Positions 21,453-31,779 of a stretch of 64,000 bases of DNA are shown one piece after another (the first letter of the stretch is position 1; each line of letters begins with the position of its first letter). The stretch is from the IMG/VR virus record IMGVR_UViG_3300030101_004160, positions 1,047 through 65,046 of that record. One strand, 5' to 3'. Below the pieces are notes generated by a model that was not told the origin of the DNA, did no database searches, and saw only the letters and a program-made list of their open reading frames with translations. The stretch comes from a virus (Duplodnaviria > Caudoviricetes). Position numbers and translations under genes: made by a program.

Positions 21453-21494
21453 CAAAAATAGGCCTCAACTATTTCTAGTATTAACCTATTTTTG
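21453..21494 (-). terminator. Intergenic stem-loop, probable terminator
   Basis: CAAAAATAGG ... CCTATTTTTG 10-bp inverted repeat downstream of the 21526 stop. Confidence 0.45.
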
Positions 21495-21525
21495 CAGCAG
21501 GGAGCAAAAGAACTCTCTATTTACT

Positions 21526-22326
21526 TTAATTTGGACCAGTCATCATTCCAACATCCGTTCTTGTCATTTTAAGCACAGCGTCCTCTATTATTTGATTTTG
21601 ATAATGTAAAGGTATCGCCATGCTTCCTTGTACTGCAGAGGCATCTTCAGTAACATCAGTAAAAGCTTGTTCTAATAAAGGCAGCAATATAGTTTGCATG
21701 TATAAGCTACGGATCGCTCCCGCAAAGCTAAAAATTATTCTGTTTTCTATATATGCCCATTGTAAATTTTCAGAACCGCCGCCAGCTCTTGGGTCACGTG
21801 ATGAGTTAAAAGGGTCTGGTGTATGTCGGTTATGATAGAAATCTCTAATATCTACATTCTTTACTGGCATAGCCTCAGACGTCTTTATATCGCTAGTTGT
21901 TACATTAGAATAAGGCAGTCCTGTTGTTAAATCAATAATTTCATTAACATTATAAGTATGAGCACTAATATTTAAAACATATAAGTGTTGTTTTGGCACC
22001 ATATATTGATTTCCATATTTAAAATAGCCCCTTTCGCCAGTAGAACTAGTGTCTAAATATTTTTCAGAAAAAGCGGGATATCTATTATTATATATAAATG
22101 ATCCTCCTAATATTTCAGCCTTACTCAAAGTAAAACCATTATAATCTATAAACGGAGCCATAGCCTTTCTTGAATCTTCATCAATTAGCATCTTGTCATA
22201 ATGAAAGTTTATAAAATCAGATATTGCTAATTTTAAAAATTCGTTTTTTTCTTCATTTGTAAAATAAGGTTGATCAGCCTTGTCTAAAAGGAGATCCATT
22301 AATTTATGAGCCTCGTCTAAATTCAT
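21526..22326 (-). CDS. Tail ring/head-tail connector protein (crAss conserved block)
   Basis: MNLDEAHKLMDLLLDKADQPYFTNEEKNEFL start and IPLHYQNQIIEDAV end; synteny. Confidence 0.6.
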   Translation of the reverse strand: MNLDEAHKLMDLLLDKADQPYFTNEEKNEFLKLAISDFINFHYDKMLIDEDSRKAMAPFIDYNGFTLSKAEILGGSFIYNNRYPAFSEKYLDTSSTGERGYFKYGNQYMVPKQHLYVLNISAHTYNVNEIIDLTTGLPYSNVTTSDIKTSEAMPVKNVDIRDFYHNRHTPDPFNSSRDPRAGGGSENLQWAYIENRIIFSFAGAIRSLYMQTILLPLLEQAFTDVTEDASAVQGSMAIPLHYQNQIIEDAVLKMTRTDVGMMTGPN

Positions 22327-22329
22327 TTA

Positions 22330-23106
22330 TTACTTTTTTTTACTACCAAACCAACCCTTTGGTTTTTCTTCTGTAGTTTCCATTTCTTTTATAATACTAC
22401 TTGACAATGTTTGTGGTTTTTGATCATTATCTTTTTCTACAAAAGTCTTTTCTGTTTTTTCTTCTACAGCAGGTTTTCCTGTTCTTAGCTGTCTTCTAAG
22501 TAACGCGTATACATCTGCGTTATCTTTTAACCAAACTATAGCTTGATCATCAGAAAGCCCTATATTCAAAGAACCGTGTTTCCAAACTCCATTTATTCTT
22601 GATAATACTTTTTTGTGTTCTGCTTTTTTTAGAAAAACTCTATACTCTTGATCTATATCATTAGTAAGCTCTAAAAATTTTTCTGGCGTAGTATTCGCGT
22701 ATTGTATTATTTTTGCTCTTAACATTATTTCGTCTACGTCTGGATCTAGACCCATAAGAACAGCTATATCATTCATAGCCGTCATAGATAAACTGGTTGC
22801 TTTTGTGATTGCCTCTGCGCTTTTTAACGCACCTTCTGCGTTTTTTTCTTCGTTAGCTCTAACATCCTCAACAATAAACTTACCTATTAACGGATGGTTT
22901 TTTAAAAACTCATAAGATCTTTTGTCTTGTTTTTTTGTTATATCTAAAGATACTAGCGGCTGAAACATTTCAAACCCGTCAGTTTTTTGATCGTTTATAT
23001 CTATCAGCTCTATATTTCTACCTGATTTGTCTTTGTAATTTCCAAACTTACAATAATTAAATTTTCCAGCATTTTTTGCTTTAATGTGTACTATGTGTCT
23101 TTTCAT
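22330..23106 (-). CDS. Conserved crAss-like structural-block protein downstream of capsid genes (258 aa)
   Basis: YEFLKNHPL and YANTTPEKFLE...IGLSDDQAIVWLKD pattern; position. Confidence 0.5.
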   Translation of the reverse strand: MKRHIVHIKAKNAGKFNYCKFGNYKDKSGRNIELIDINDQKTDGFEMFQPLVSLDITKKQDKRSYEFLKNHPLIGKFIVEDVRANEEKNAEGALKSAEAITKATSLSMTAMNDIAVLMGLDPDVDEIMLRAKIIQYANTTPEKFLELTNDIDQEYRVFLKKAEHKKVLSRINGVWKHGSLNIGLSDDQAIVWLKDNADVYALLRRQLRTGKPAVEEKTEKTFVEKDNDQKPQTLSSSIIKEMETTEEKPKGWFGSKKK

Positions 23107-23134
23107 TTTCTTTCTTTTTAGTTATTACTCCCTG

Positions 23135-23332
23135 TTAATTATTTACTTTTTTTCCCTTTTTTTCTCTAATTACATTTCCGTTCTCTATCCATGTTTTATT
23201 AGATGATTTTTTCGCCCATTTAAAACCTGATCTATTCCCTATTGAAAATACTTGTTTACCTTTAGGCTTTTGTATTTCATTTTCTTTTTGCTCTATTACT
23301 TTCCCGTTTCTGTATACTAGTCTTGTTCTCAT
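23135..23332 (-). CDS. Small basic hypothetical protein
   Basis: 65-aa ORF filling the gap; -7 box 4 nt upstream of ATG. Confidence 0.55.
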   Translation of the reverse strand: MRTRLVYRNGKVIEQKENEIQKPKGKQVFSIGNRSGFKWAKKSSNKTWIENGNVIREKKGKKVNN

Positions 23333-23336
23333 TTTA

Positions 23337-23344
23337 CAAATATA
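23337..23344 (-). promoter_or_regulatory. -7 box TATATTTG
   Basis: Exact TAnnTTTG immediately after a terminator hairpin. Confidence 0.65.
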
Positions 23345-23380
23345 AGAATTTTGGGGGAACCGAAGCTCCCCCGAAACTCT
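23345..23380 (-). terminator. Stem-loop closing the capsid transcript
   Basis: Minus strand AGAGTTTCGGGGGAGC-TTCG-GTTCCCCCAAAATTCT, GC-rich stem with cUUCGg tetraloop. Confidence 0.7.
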
Positions 23381-23398
23381 AATTTAATCTACATACAA

Positions 23399-23959
23399 TT
23401 ATGCAGATGCACCACCAACTAAATGAACTGTTGCTATTGCAGTTGGTATTTGTCCTTGTAAGTGCCAGTTTACACCGTCACATAAAACACCAAGTCTTAA
23501 CCCTTCTGCTGATTGAGCTACTGATCCATCAACGGTAATTTTTGAAACACCATTAAATGCATCAACATCATCATTAGCAGCAGTAGAAATAATACCACCG
23601 AATATATCAGTTGCATCAAGTCCTGTTGTCAAGATAAAATCTGCATCGTCATCAGAATCAACTGTAAAACAAAAGTCAAAATATACTCCAGCAGAATTTG
23701 CTGCTGTTGGTAAAGTTATTGTAACATTATTGTCTACAGCCGCCATACTGACAGCAAATAAAGTTCCTGATTCTGCTGTAGTCAATGTTCTTGTAACAGC
23801 AGAGCTGTTAGAGATTTCTTCAACAGGCCTAGCTATTTGCATGTGAGGAGCAAATTTTGCTTGCTCTCCTGCAGATAATGTACCGTTTGACGTGTCTACT
23901 CCAGTTGTGAACTTTTTAATTGCAGTTCTTAGTTTGTTAAAATCAAATTTTATTGCCAT
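23399..23959 (-). CDS. Capsid decoration/head-fibre-like protein
   Basis: TRTLTTAESGTLF...TITLPTAA...GVYFDF...LCDGVNWH beta-sandwich pattern; follows MCP. Confidence 0.55.
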   Translation of the reverse strand: MAIKFDFNKLRTAIKKFTTGVDTSNGTLSAGEQAKFAPHMQIARPVEEISNSSAVTRTLTTAESGTLFAVSMAAVDNNVTITLPTAANSAGVYFDFCFTVDSDDDADFILTTGLDATDIFGGIISTAANDDVDAFNGVSKITVDGSVAQSAEGLRLGVLCDGVNWHLQGQIPTAIATVHLVGGASA

Positions 23960-23988
23960 TTTTCTAAATTTTTTAAAGTTTATAAATA

Positions 23989-24026
23989 GGAGGCCTGCAT
24001 AAAGGCACTATCTTCTACAGACCTCC
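23989..24026 (-). other. Intergenic GC-rich hairpin
   Basis: Minus strand GGAGGTCTGTA ... TGCAGGCCTCC pair (with G-U); no U-tract, may stabilise or process the transcript. Confidence 0.45.
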
Positions 24027-24041
24027 GTTAATTAATTATTA

Positions 24042-24344
24042 TTACGCGTGCGTGATTGAGTCTACTTCTTCAATTCCGTCAATACCATATATAGAATTAA
24101 CATCGTCAGCTAAAGTAACAATTCCTCGTCCAGCTAAAACTAGCCTTCCAATATTTTGTACAACTGAAGCTGTTTTTGCTTCTGTCGTACCTAAAGTAAT
24201 TGCTTTAGCAGCACCACCTGAATCTGTATAGTCAATTACTACAGTAGTTGAATCTGTTGTTCTAATTGACATAACTTTATCAGTGTCTAGTGCAATTGAG
24301 TCTGCAGCTGAATCAGCAGCGTAAAAAAAACATCTATTTGCCAT
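24042..24344 (-). CDS. Auxiliary capsid protein candidate (100 aa)
   Basis: Small Ala/Asp/Thr-rich ORF immediately after MCP with A-rich leader similar to the next gene. Confidence 0.5.
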   Translation of the reverse strand: MANRCFFYAADSAADSIALDTDKVMSIRTTDSTTVVIDYTDSGGAAKAITLGTTEAKTASVVQNIGRLVLAGRGIVTLADDVNSIYGIDGIEEVDSITHA

Positions 24345-24370
24345 ATTTTCTAATTTTTAAAGGTTAATAA

Positions 24371-25909
24371 TTACGATGCACTTAAGATACCACAAGACAA
24401 TGGGTTTCTAACAATGATTCCAGTTTCTGAAAGCACGTGTGCTTCAAATTTGTCATCAGCATTAGCAGCCAATATTGCTTGTTGGTCATAAGGATTCACC
24501 ATTCCAGCTACATACTTCTTGATCATACTTCTGTTAACTCCTTCAGCTCCTTTTGTAATTAACTCTACGTTAGATACACCAGTAGACTTACCGAAGTCCA
24601 TAAATACCATCTTTGCAGATTCTCTTAATCTGTTGTCACCAAATGAATTAGTTCCACCAGCTACAGAATGCAAGTTAGGATCATCAAACACAGGGCAGTG
24701 AGCAATAGTAATTTTATTACCTAGCGCGCTGTATGATACGAAGTTAGCTCCTAAGTCAACATCTCCATTTACACCTGACATAGATCCTCCTGTAAACGCG
24801 CCCGCAGGTGCAACAATAAGATCTTTCATAGCTCTATGGAATGCTAACCTACCTTCAGTTCCAGTAAATACAACAAACTCATTTCCTTCAGCTGATTGTG
24901 TATTTAATGAAATTTTAGCAATAAACTCAGTAATGATATCCTCAGTTAATGAACCATAAGAGTAAGTTGCTTGGTTAGCAGAATCAATCTGAGCCAATAA
25001 ACCATCTCCTGTAATAATTGATGAAGCTTGAGTTCCTGAAGTACCTAGTGCAGAAGAAGAATAAGCTCCTGGTCTCTGAATAGTTGTGTCAGTTACCGAC
25101 TTTCTTCCGTACCATCTTTGCAATTCTTGTTGATACATAAACTCATCCATCATCATTTGTTCTCTTGTAAAGTACCATAATCTTGAACCGTTATTTTCAA
25201 TCCAAGTTACATCAGTAAGGTCTTTACCTGTAACAGAACACTTTTTACGCATTGTAGTCAACCAGTTAGTATGCGTTGCAGGGTACATAAAGTTTTCACC
25301 CACATCAGCACCGTCTGATCCATTAGGGAATGCAGAACCAATAGATGCTACTATAGCTTCGTCAGCAATATCACTTGGTAATAAAGCCTGTGCTGTTGCG
25401 TCTATCATTTCAAATTGTATGATATGATCTGTTGCAGCTCCACTTGAAGAAGTGTTAGCTACTGGATCAGCAATAACGATTGCTGTAGCTCCAGATTGGA
25501 ATCTAACCATATCAAATTTATTTAAGAAGTTACCTGTTCTATCATTAGATCCAGTATCACCTTCTATAATTAAGAAGAACTTATCACCATTAGCATCTGC
25601 ATCATCTATTGTTCCGCCTGTTGCAGTAACAGATCCAGAAGCTGTAAATGAAGTTCCATTAGTTGAGAAAAACCCAACATTAAAACTTGGACGATTATAT
25701 CTTCCCATAACCTTCCATTCAAAAGAGTTGTCACCTAAGACTTTCTCTGTAGCGAAACGACCTGTTCTTTCTAAAAGATATGTCGCCGCATAACGAGGAA
25801 ACTGTTGAATAAGCGTTCTTGCAATCTCTGGGTATTGCATAAGTGCTGTATTCAAAGCATTCTCGGCTGTTGTTCCAGAACCATAAGTTCCTTTAAATAA
25901 TTTAGCCAT
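24371..25909 (-). CDS. Major capsid protein (crAss-like), 512 aa
   Basis: FEWKVMG, TNWLTTMRKKCSVTG, GDGLLAQI, FVVFTGTEGRLAFHRAM, HCPVFDD, ETGIIVRNPLSCG; order terminase-portal-scaffold-MCP. Confidence 0.85.
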   Translation of the reverse strand: MAKLFKGTYGSGTTAENALNTALMQYPEIARTLIQQFPRYAATYLLERTGRFATEKVLGDNSFEWKVMGRYNRPSFNVGFFSTNGTSFTASGSVTATGGTIDDADANGDKFFLIIEGDTGSNDRTGNFLNKFDMVRFQSGATAIVIADPVANTSSSGAATDHIIQFEMIDATAQALLPSDIADEAIVASIGSAFPNGSDGADVGENFMYPATHTNWLTTMRKKCSVTGKDLTDVTWIENNGSRLWYFTREQMMMDEFMYQQELQRWYGRKSVTDTTIQRPGAYSSSALGTSGTQASSIITGDGLLAQIDSANQATYSYGSLTEDIITEFIAKISLNTQSAEGNEFVVFTGTEGRLAFHRAMKDLIVAPAGAFTGGSMSGVNGDVDLGANFVSYSALGNKITIAHCPVFDDPNLHSVAGGTNSFGDNRLRESAKMVFMDFGKSTGVSNVELITKGAEGVNRSMIKKYVAGMVNPYDQQAILAANADDKFEAHVLSETGIIVRNPLSCGILSAS

Positions 25910-25994
25910 TTTTTTATATTTTATTAATTAAACATTTTACCATTTTGTTCAATTAACTTTCAACTATGAGCAGACTTTGTCTTACCGTATAAGC

Positions 25995-27050
25995 TTACTC
26001 GCTCATGAACGCTTTTGGATCAAACTTACTAGACTTCACTTTGAAGTTAGCTTTGCCCTTTCCAGTGTTAAGGCTTGGCGAGACTATGCTATCCATAATA
26101 GCGGCTTTGCCGTCTTCTAAACCTTGAGAACGAAGAATTTTTTCAATTTGCTTACGATAGAGCATAAACATAGCAACATCCGCAACATTGGCATGATTTG
26201 CATATATTTCATTCATCATATCGCCTGTAGCATACCGATATACTTCTTCTTTCTGTTTTTTTGTAACCTTACCGCCCATGAATTCGTTCATACCTTTGAT
26301 TTGATTTTTTAATTCTTTTTTTGCTCTTTCTGTTTGCTCTTTTCTTTCTTGTGCTGCCTTTTTTTCTTGTTGTTTTACTGCAGTGGTCTGCTGATCTATT
26401 GCGTTATTTATTGTTCTTCTGATGCTTTTAGCTTTCATTTTCATCATGCCTGAATCCTCTAACTTGTCTAGTGATTCTTCTATTTCTGAATCTTCAATAC
26501 CGTCTGCTTTTAATTCTTCAGCTACTAAATCTCTGTCAGAAAAGTTAAGATAAGTTCTTAGCTCCGCTACTTGATTATTGACTGGCGCTTGCTCTTGTTG
26601 AGCTTGCTGTTGTAGTTTTTCCGTGTAAGAATTTAGCGTATTAACAAACTCGTCTCTTGAGTTTATCTCTATACCTAATTCTTTACCTACCTTAGCCCAA
26701 GTAAGAGCCTCTTCAGTTGTTGGTGCTTCTTCTTTTGTTTCTCCAGCGCCTTCCCAGTCATAGTCTTCTTCTTTTTCCGCTTGCTCTTCCTCGGTTTTAC
26801 TATCCCAAGACCAACCCTCTTCTTTTTCTTCCTCTTCTGTCTTTTCTTCAGTCTTTTCTTCTGTTACCTCGTCAACTAATTTAGACTCTTCTGCTTCTTC
26901 TGTTTCTTCTTCTTTTTTTTCATTGTTTACCCCATATGTATCGCTAGCAAACGCAAGAGGATTAAAACTATCTTTATTTTCTGTAGTTTCTTTTGTTGAT
27001 TCTGTTGTGTTTTCTACAACTTCATCTACTAATTTTGATTCTTCTGCCAT
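25995..27050 (-). CDS. Capsid scaffolding protein
   Basis: Very acidic low-complexity N-half, coiled-coil C-half, between portal and MCP. Confidence 0.7.
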   Translation of the reverse strand: MAEESKLVDEVVENTTESTKETTENKDSFNPLAFASDTYGVNNEKKEEETEEAEESKLVDEVTEEKTEEKTEEEEKEEGWSWDSKTEEEQAEKEEDYDWEGAGETKEEAPTTEEALTWAKVGKELGIEINSRDEFVNTLNSYTEKLQQQAQQEQAPVNNQVAELRTYLNFSDRDLVAEELKADGIEDSEIEESLDKLEDSGMMKMKAKSIRRTINNAIDQQTTAVKQQEKKAAQERKEQTERAKKELKNQIKGMNEFMGGKVTKKQKEEVYRYATGDMMNEIYANHANVADVAMFMLYRKQIEKILRSQGLEDGKAAIMDSIVSPSLNTGKGKANFKVKSSKFDPKAFMSE

Positions 27051-27084
27051 TTTTTATTTTATTTTAATTAATACTCCCAGCTTG

Positions 27085-27092
27085 CAAATATA
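27085..27092 (-). promoter_or_regulatory. -7 box TATATTTG for scaffold/MCP
   Basis: Exact TAnnTTTG in the portal-scaffold gap. Confidence 0.65.
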
Positions 27093-27104
27093 CAAAAATT
27101 TTTG

Positions 27105-29414
27105 CTATAGCTTTTCTGCTGCTCTTTTGATGTCTGCTGCTGTTGTTCCTGCGCCTTTTGCAACCGCCGCGCTATCTTCTTCTTTTTTAGCGTCTTCTTC
27201 TCTATTTTTTCTATCTATGTAATAATCTGCTGCTTTTTTATCCATATCTAAACGCTGTTTAGTATCATGCATATCTCTATTAGCATCTGCCTGAATTTTA
27301 GCAACTTCAAGTCTTGAATTAGCGCTTATCTCAGCCACTTGTAATTTGCCTTTATTTTCTAACTCTTTAAGCTGTGCTTCGGCTTGGAATTTTTGTTGAG
27401 CTGCTTCAGCTGCCGCTTGTTGGGCCTGCACCTGCTCTTGCATTTTTTGCTGTTGTTGTTTTTGCATTTCAGTCATAGCTTGTTCTAAGACTTTTTCTGC
27501 CTCAGTCATGGTGTCTGACTTAAGAACTTTAATTACACCTAACATATCTATATTTCCTGCCTGTAAGGCTGCTTGTGCTAATTGTTGTACTACTTGTTTC
27601 ATAGAATCATCCTTACCACTATCTCCTACATAAACACCAAAATCTTGTAAAGCAATATCAGGCATAATATTTAAAAATTTATAAGCTCCATCTCCTAAAA
27701 TCATACCAGCTTTCTTACCTCCTGCCCAACAAACTTTCATAAGATTACATACCCTCTCCATTACTCTTTGTTTTGTTTCTGAGTGCGAATAAAACCAACT
27801 TTCGGTAATAGTTGCTGACTGAACAACACTTCTTTGTACATTACCAACGTATTCATACTGACCAACAGCCCCTTCTCTTTGTCTTGACACTCCAGATATC
27901 TGTCCTGCCATTTCTTCCAACATTAATTTTAAATTAATTAACTGCTGTACAGATTGTGACAAAGTAAAATCTATCTGCTGGAACTGATTAAAAGTTTGTA
28001 TTTGGTTTCCTTCATCTTTAGAATTTATAGGTATTATACCGTCTGTTTTTAAGTGATAAAGAACTTGCTGTATGTCCATACCTACATTAGTTGGTAATTG
28101 TGAAACATCGTAAACTACCGCCTTACCACCAGAACGAGCCATAGCTAATTCTATTTGATAAACCACTATGTTATACAGCATTTGTATGTTGTCTAACATG
28201 TCTACCATAGACATACTATTTCCTGTTGTGTTATTATGTATACATCCCACGTATGATAAACCAGTTTTTCCTGGATCATCTACGCTTCTTACTTGGTTGT
28301 CTCTTCTGTTTGCGTTTACAAGTATTTTTCCGCCTATCATTGTTGCCTCCCATATATCATCAACCCATTTTGTTTCTATAGTCTCCCCTTTTCTTGGCTT
28401 GTAAGTATCTTTTACCATTTTTCTAAAAGGTTTATTTGGGTTGTATTTGTTTTCAGATAGTTTAAATTTAATTGCACGTAAAGATTTCCATTCTGCTGTT
28501 AAAACTCTAATTCTTGACTCTTTTCCGTGTGAAACATCTACCCATTCAAAAGTGCTGCTGTTGTAGTCAGACAAATCGCCACCATGGTATAAGTTTCTCA
28601 TTTTATCTAGCTCCATTAAATCATCGGTTGTCAGGCTATCTTTAAATTCATCGTTTATTTCGTTCAGAGAAAGGTATCTCTCTTCTCCAACCCAACAAGC
28701 GTCATCAAGATAGTCTGAATGTATAGAATCATCGTAAACTATAGTTCTAGGGTCTACTCTTCTTACAAAAGGATCTCCATTTTGTATATCAACTTTATAA
28801 AATGATTTACCTGTTACTAACAAATCTCTGAAGCCCTCTTTATAAACGTCTTTTAAATTATATCTATTTGTAACATACTCTAATCCGTCTTGTGCTGTTT
28901 CCTCTACCATTTCACGGTAGTTATATTTCATATACGTTTCTATATCCTCTGGTATAGGCAACCCTGAGTCGCCCTGAGCCACAATGTCAAAACTCATTTT
29001 TTCTTTCATCTCTTTGTGAAATTCATCTAACAAGTGATGCATCATTAATTTTACTTTATGATCATGTTTTCTTATAACCGCAGATTTATTAACTGTAGTT
29101 ACCTTCATATCTAAAGGTCTTCTTAATTCTTCACCTACAAGTAAGTCTATTTTAGGTGTGATAATGGGATAATTAACCAATCTAGCTGGATATGTGAGCC
29201 CGTATTGCTCTGTTATGTATTTATAATCACCTTGACTTAAAATACCATTATATATTTGGTAGTTTCTTATATCTTTAGATCTTGAAGTGGCGTAAGAACC
29301 ACCTTCAGCGCCCATATAGCTAGTTATAGCTAATAATACTGATCTACACCAATCTTGTGTTTTTTCGTTCTCTGGCAAAACCATTGAAGGCATTGTGCTG
29401 TACGTATATTCCAT
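27105..29414 (-). CDS. Portal protein, 769 aa
   Basis: NYPIITPKIDLLVGEELRRP, QMLYNIVVYQIELAMARSGGK, ISGVSRQREGAV; Q-rich C-terminal coiled coil; follows TerL. Confidence 0.88.
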   Translation of the reverse strand: MEYTYSTMPSMVLPENEKTQDWCRSVLLAITSYMGAEGGSYATSRSKDIRNYQIYNGILSQGDYKYITEQYGLTYPARLVNYPIITPKIDLLVGEELRRPLDMKVTTVNKSAVIRKHDHKVKLMMHHLLDEFHKEMKEKMSFDIVAQGDSGLPIPEDIETYMKYNYREMVEETAQDGLEYVTNRYNLKDVYKEGFRDLLVTGKSFYKVDIQNGDPFVRRVDPRTIVYDDSIHSDYLDDACWVGEERYLSLNEINDEFKDSLTTDDLMELDKMRNLYHGGDLSDYNSSTFEWVDVSHGKESRIRVLTAEWKSLRAIKFKLSENKYNPNKPFRKMVKDTYKPRKGETIETKWVDDIWEATMIGGKILVNANRRDNQVRSVDDPGKTGLSYVGCIHNNTTGNSMSMVDMLDNIQMLYNIVVYQIELAMARSGGKAVVYDVSQLPTNVGMDIQQVLYHLKTDGIIPINSKDEGNQIQTFNQFQQIDFTLSQSVQQLINLKLMLEEMAGQISGVSRQREGAVGQYEYVGNVQRSVVQSATITESWFYSHSETKQRVMERVCNLMKVCWAGGKKAGMILGDGAYKFLNIMPDIALQDFGVYVGDSGKDDSMKQVVQQLAQAALQAGNIDMLGVIKVLKSDTMTEAEKVLEQAMTEMQKQQQQKMQEQVQAQQAAAEAAQQKFQAEAQLKELENKGKLQVAEISANSRLEVAKIQADANRDMHDTKQRLDMDKKAADYYIDRKNREEDAKKEEDSAAVAKGAGTTAADIKRAAEKL

Positions 29415-29418
29415 AATT

Positions 29419-31236
29419 TTAATTTATTTGTGTAGGTATTCCGTTATATCCCATTTTATAATACCTAAATCCTATATCTTTTATCTCCTCATCTCTTTCG
29501 CTTACTTGCATTCTATAATTATCTATGTTATGTATTAAACAAAGTCCAAACGCAATAGCGCGGTCAGTATTCTGTAAGCCATAATTAGCTAATTCATCTA
29601 TTAAATCCAAGAACCATATATCTTCGGCGCTTTCTCTTAAATAATCATCTATTAAATCTTCCATTAATGCCTTTACTTGTTTGTTCATATGCACACCATA
29701 TCTGTTTCTTGTTTTTGTACCAGGATTATGTGCGCTCTCTGGCTTGTGTTTTAGGTACTTCAACGCATTCATACGTTTAAAATAGTCTAAAATACCTATC
29801 TTTGTATATTCTACTAGCATTTTTGCATTATAATAAACTGCTAGCTTCAAACAACCGTCCCAAAAATCTTCTTTTTTTTCTGGTCTATCTGTATATTCTG
29901 CAATTACGTAATCGCTTGACATTTCAGTATTTGCAAATCTACGATAAATTATTGCACTACCCAAAGAATCTGATGCTCCAGCCTTATCTTGATCATAAGA
30001 GTCAATACCGCCTATGTCTAAATTTTTATAGTCCAGTTCTGGATGTGCTAAAATTTTGTACGGTCCATTTGGATCTGGCCTCCATCTTACAGTAGGCTCT
30101 TCTTCTCCTAGCTCCCACTCTAAATATCCTTTTTGTATTTGACTTCTATGATCTTTACTAGACAATATTCTTGATCTTTGTGCGTTAAGTAAAGATATGT
30201 CAAATCTTGCCGAATGGGTATTTAAAAAAGCTTCTTCTATTGTAAGAGGATAGTTTTGTATGTGCAGATTGTACGCTTCATTGTCCCCACTTACTTGTAT
30301 ATCTTCTCTATCATTTATTAATTTTTCTTTAGCAGCTTTTTCGTTTTCTTTACCATTTTCTATATCAAAAAAACCGTAATAAGCTCTAGATGCTGGTATA
30401 AACATAGGTATTAGATTGTAAGCGTCATGACTGTAGTACATGTCCATAAAATCTTTACTTGCTTTAGATATGTCGCCACCTGTTCCTCCAACTATAGGTA
30501 TTCCAAATTGCAAATCACCATCCATAAAACAAGCTTTGGAGGACATGTAAGCGTTCTTAAGCTTTTTAAACTCTCCAGCTTCTTCAAACACCATCAGCGA
30601 TACCCTTTCTCCTTTAAATACTTCTGGATTATCCATCGTCCTGCAGATTATAGTAGATTGATAGCCGCCTATCTCCCACTTACCATCTTTATTCTTTTGT
30701 TTATATCCAGAACGCATAATACCGTCAGTGTCTTTTAGTACTGAATGTTTAAAGTTAGGATGTATACCGTTTAATCCTTTTTTAGTTTTGTCAAAGAACG
30801 CATCTGCCGTTGCTTGTAGTCCTGCTGCCACACCGACATCATTAAACGGAAAGAAAGTGTATTCGTGTGCTACCGCTCCAGAATTCATGTAAGAAAAGCC
30901 TTTATCTCTGGCCTTAATAACAATCATTCCTTTACCCTCAGCTTTACAAGTTTCTATGGTATCAAAATATTCATGGTCCATAGCTCTATACCAGGGGTGT
31001 ATCAATGTTTTACGATTACCTGACGTACCGTCATTACCTAATATCTTGTAATAGTTTAAATAAAAATAATACTTACCAGATATTTTTTTCATTCCTTTAG
31101 GCTTGAAACCCTCTATACATCTTTGTGTCTCTTGAGCCCAATACTCTTGATATGCAACTGAATCTGTATTTAAATCTGGGTGTCCATTGTTAGGTACAGG
31201 TCTGTATTTTTGTGGATTAAATTTAATTTTACCCAT
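29419..31236 (-). CDS. terL: Terminase large subunit
   Basis: Walker A-like KARDKGFSY, Walker B VFEEAGEF, coupling motif GGTGG, nuclease domain GGIDSYD...DRAIAFGL. Confidence 0.93.
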   Translation of the reverse strand: MGKIKFNPQKYRPVPNNGHPDLNTDSVAYQEYWAQETQRCIEGFKPKGMKKISGKYYFYLNYYKILGNDGTSGNRKTLIHPWYRAMDHEYFDTIETCKAEGKGMIVIKARDKGFSYMNSGAVAHEYTFFPFNDVGVAAGLQATADAFFDKTKKGLNGIHPNFKHSVLKDTDGIMRSGYKQKNKDGKWEIGGYQSTIICRTMDNPEVFKGERVSLMVFEEAGEFKKLKNAYMSSKACFMDGDLQFGIPIVGGTGGDISKASKDFMDMYYSHDAYNLIPMFIPASRAYYGFFDIENGKENEKAAKEKLINDREDIQVSGDNEAYNLHIQNYPLTIEEAFLNTHSARFDISLLNAQRSRILSSKDHRSQIQKGYLEWELGEEEPTVRWRPDPNGPYKILAHPELDYKNLDIGGIDSYDQDKAGASDSLGSAIIYRRFANTEMSSDYVIAEYTDRPEKKEDFWDGCLKLAVYYNAKMLVEYTKIGILDYFKRMNALKYLKHKPESAHNPGTKTRNRYGVHMNKQVKALMEDLIDDYLRESAEDIWFLDLIDELANYGLQNTDRAIAFGLCLIHNIDNYRMQVSERDEEIKDIGFRYYKMGYNGIPTQIN

Positions 31237-31447
31237 ACTTTAATTTTTTTGACTTACCTAAACCAAAAGGCCCAGCATTAAGTTCTTTTCTTTCTTCTTT
31301 TTCAAAAAACCTTTGTCTAAGATCTACATTATGCAACTTCATAGCCATATCATTATATTGATTTGCTTTTTCTATATCTAAAGCTTTATATTTTTTTTTA
31401 TAAGAATCATATAAATATTGCAATGTATACTTATTTTTTTTAGCCAT
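31229..31447 (-). CDS. Hypothetical protein (72 aa)
   Basis: ORF coupled to both neighbours by overlaps. Confidence 0.6.
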   Translation of the reverse strand: MAKKNKYTLQYLYDSYKKKYKALDIEKANQYNDMAMKLHNVDLRQRFFEKEERKELNAGPFGLGKSKKLKYG

Positions 31448-31779
31448 TAATCTAATTGTCTAAACAGGTTACTCGGCATTTTACCACCATCGGCGCACTT
31501 CCATCTTCTTCTAGCTTGTCTTATTCTAGAATTTGGATCGTTTTGCGTTTTTTTACTACTTCTTTTTAATTGACCCAAACTTCTAGCGCAGTATGACTTT
31601 CTACGTTTTGCGGCTTTACTTCCTGGTTTAACCTTGCCTGTTACAGCAGTTTTAAGTTTTGAACCAGGATTTTTAGCCCTATAAGCCTTTACGCCTTTTT
31701 TGGTCATTCCTGCGCCTTTTTTAGTAGGTCGGTAGTTACCACCTTTACCAGTAGTTCTTCTGATGGTTTTTTCCGCCAT
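31447..31779 (-). CDS. Small very basic protein (RKSYCARS...RQARRRWKC type), ends FRQLD
   Basis: Lys/Arg-rich; TAATG overlaps at both ends. Confidence 0.75.
   Translation of the reverse strand: MAEKTIRRTTGKGGNYRPTKKGAGMTKKGVKAYRAKNPGSKLKTAVTGKVKPGSKAAKRRKSYCARSLGQLKRSSKKTQNDPNSRIRQARRRWKCADGGKMPSNLFRQLD

Noticed and set aside
23120-27080. GGGAGTA upstream of the 23106 and 27050 starts (minus strand)
   Set aside because: Only two copies at different spacing, too far from ATG for an SD; insufficient support.
29419-31236. Intron or intein in terL, portal, MCP or dnaB
   Set aside because: All are continuous, of ordinary length, without homing-endonuclease or splice motifs.
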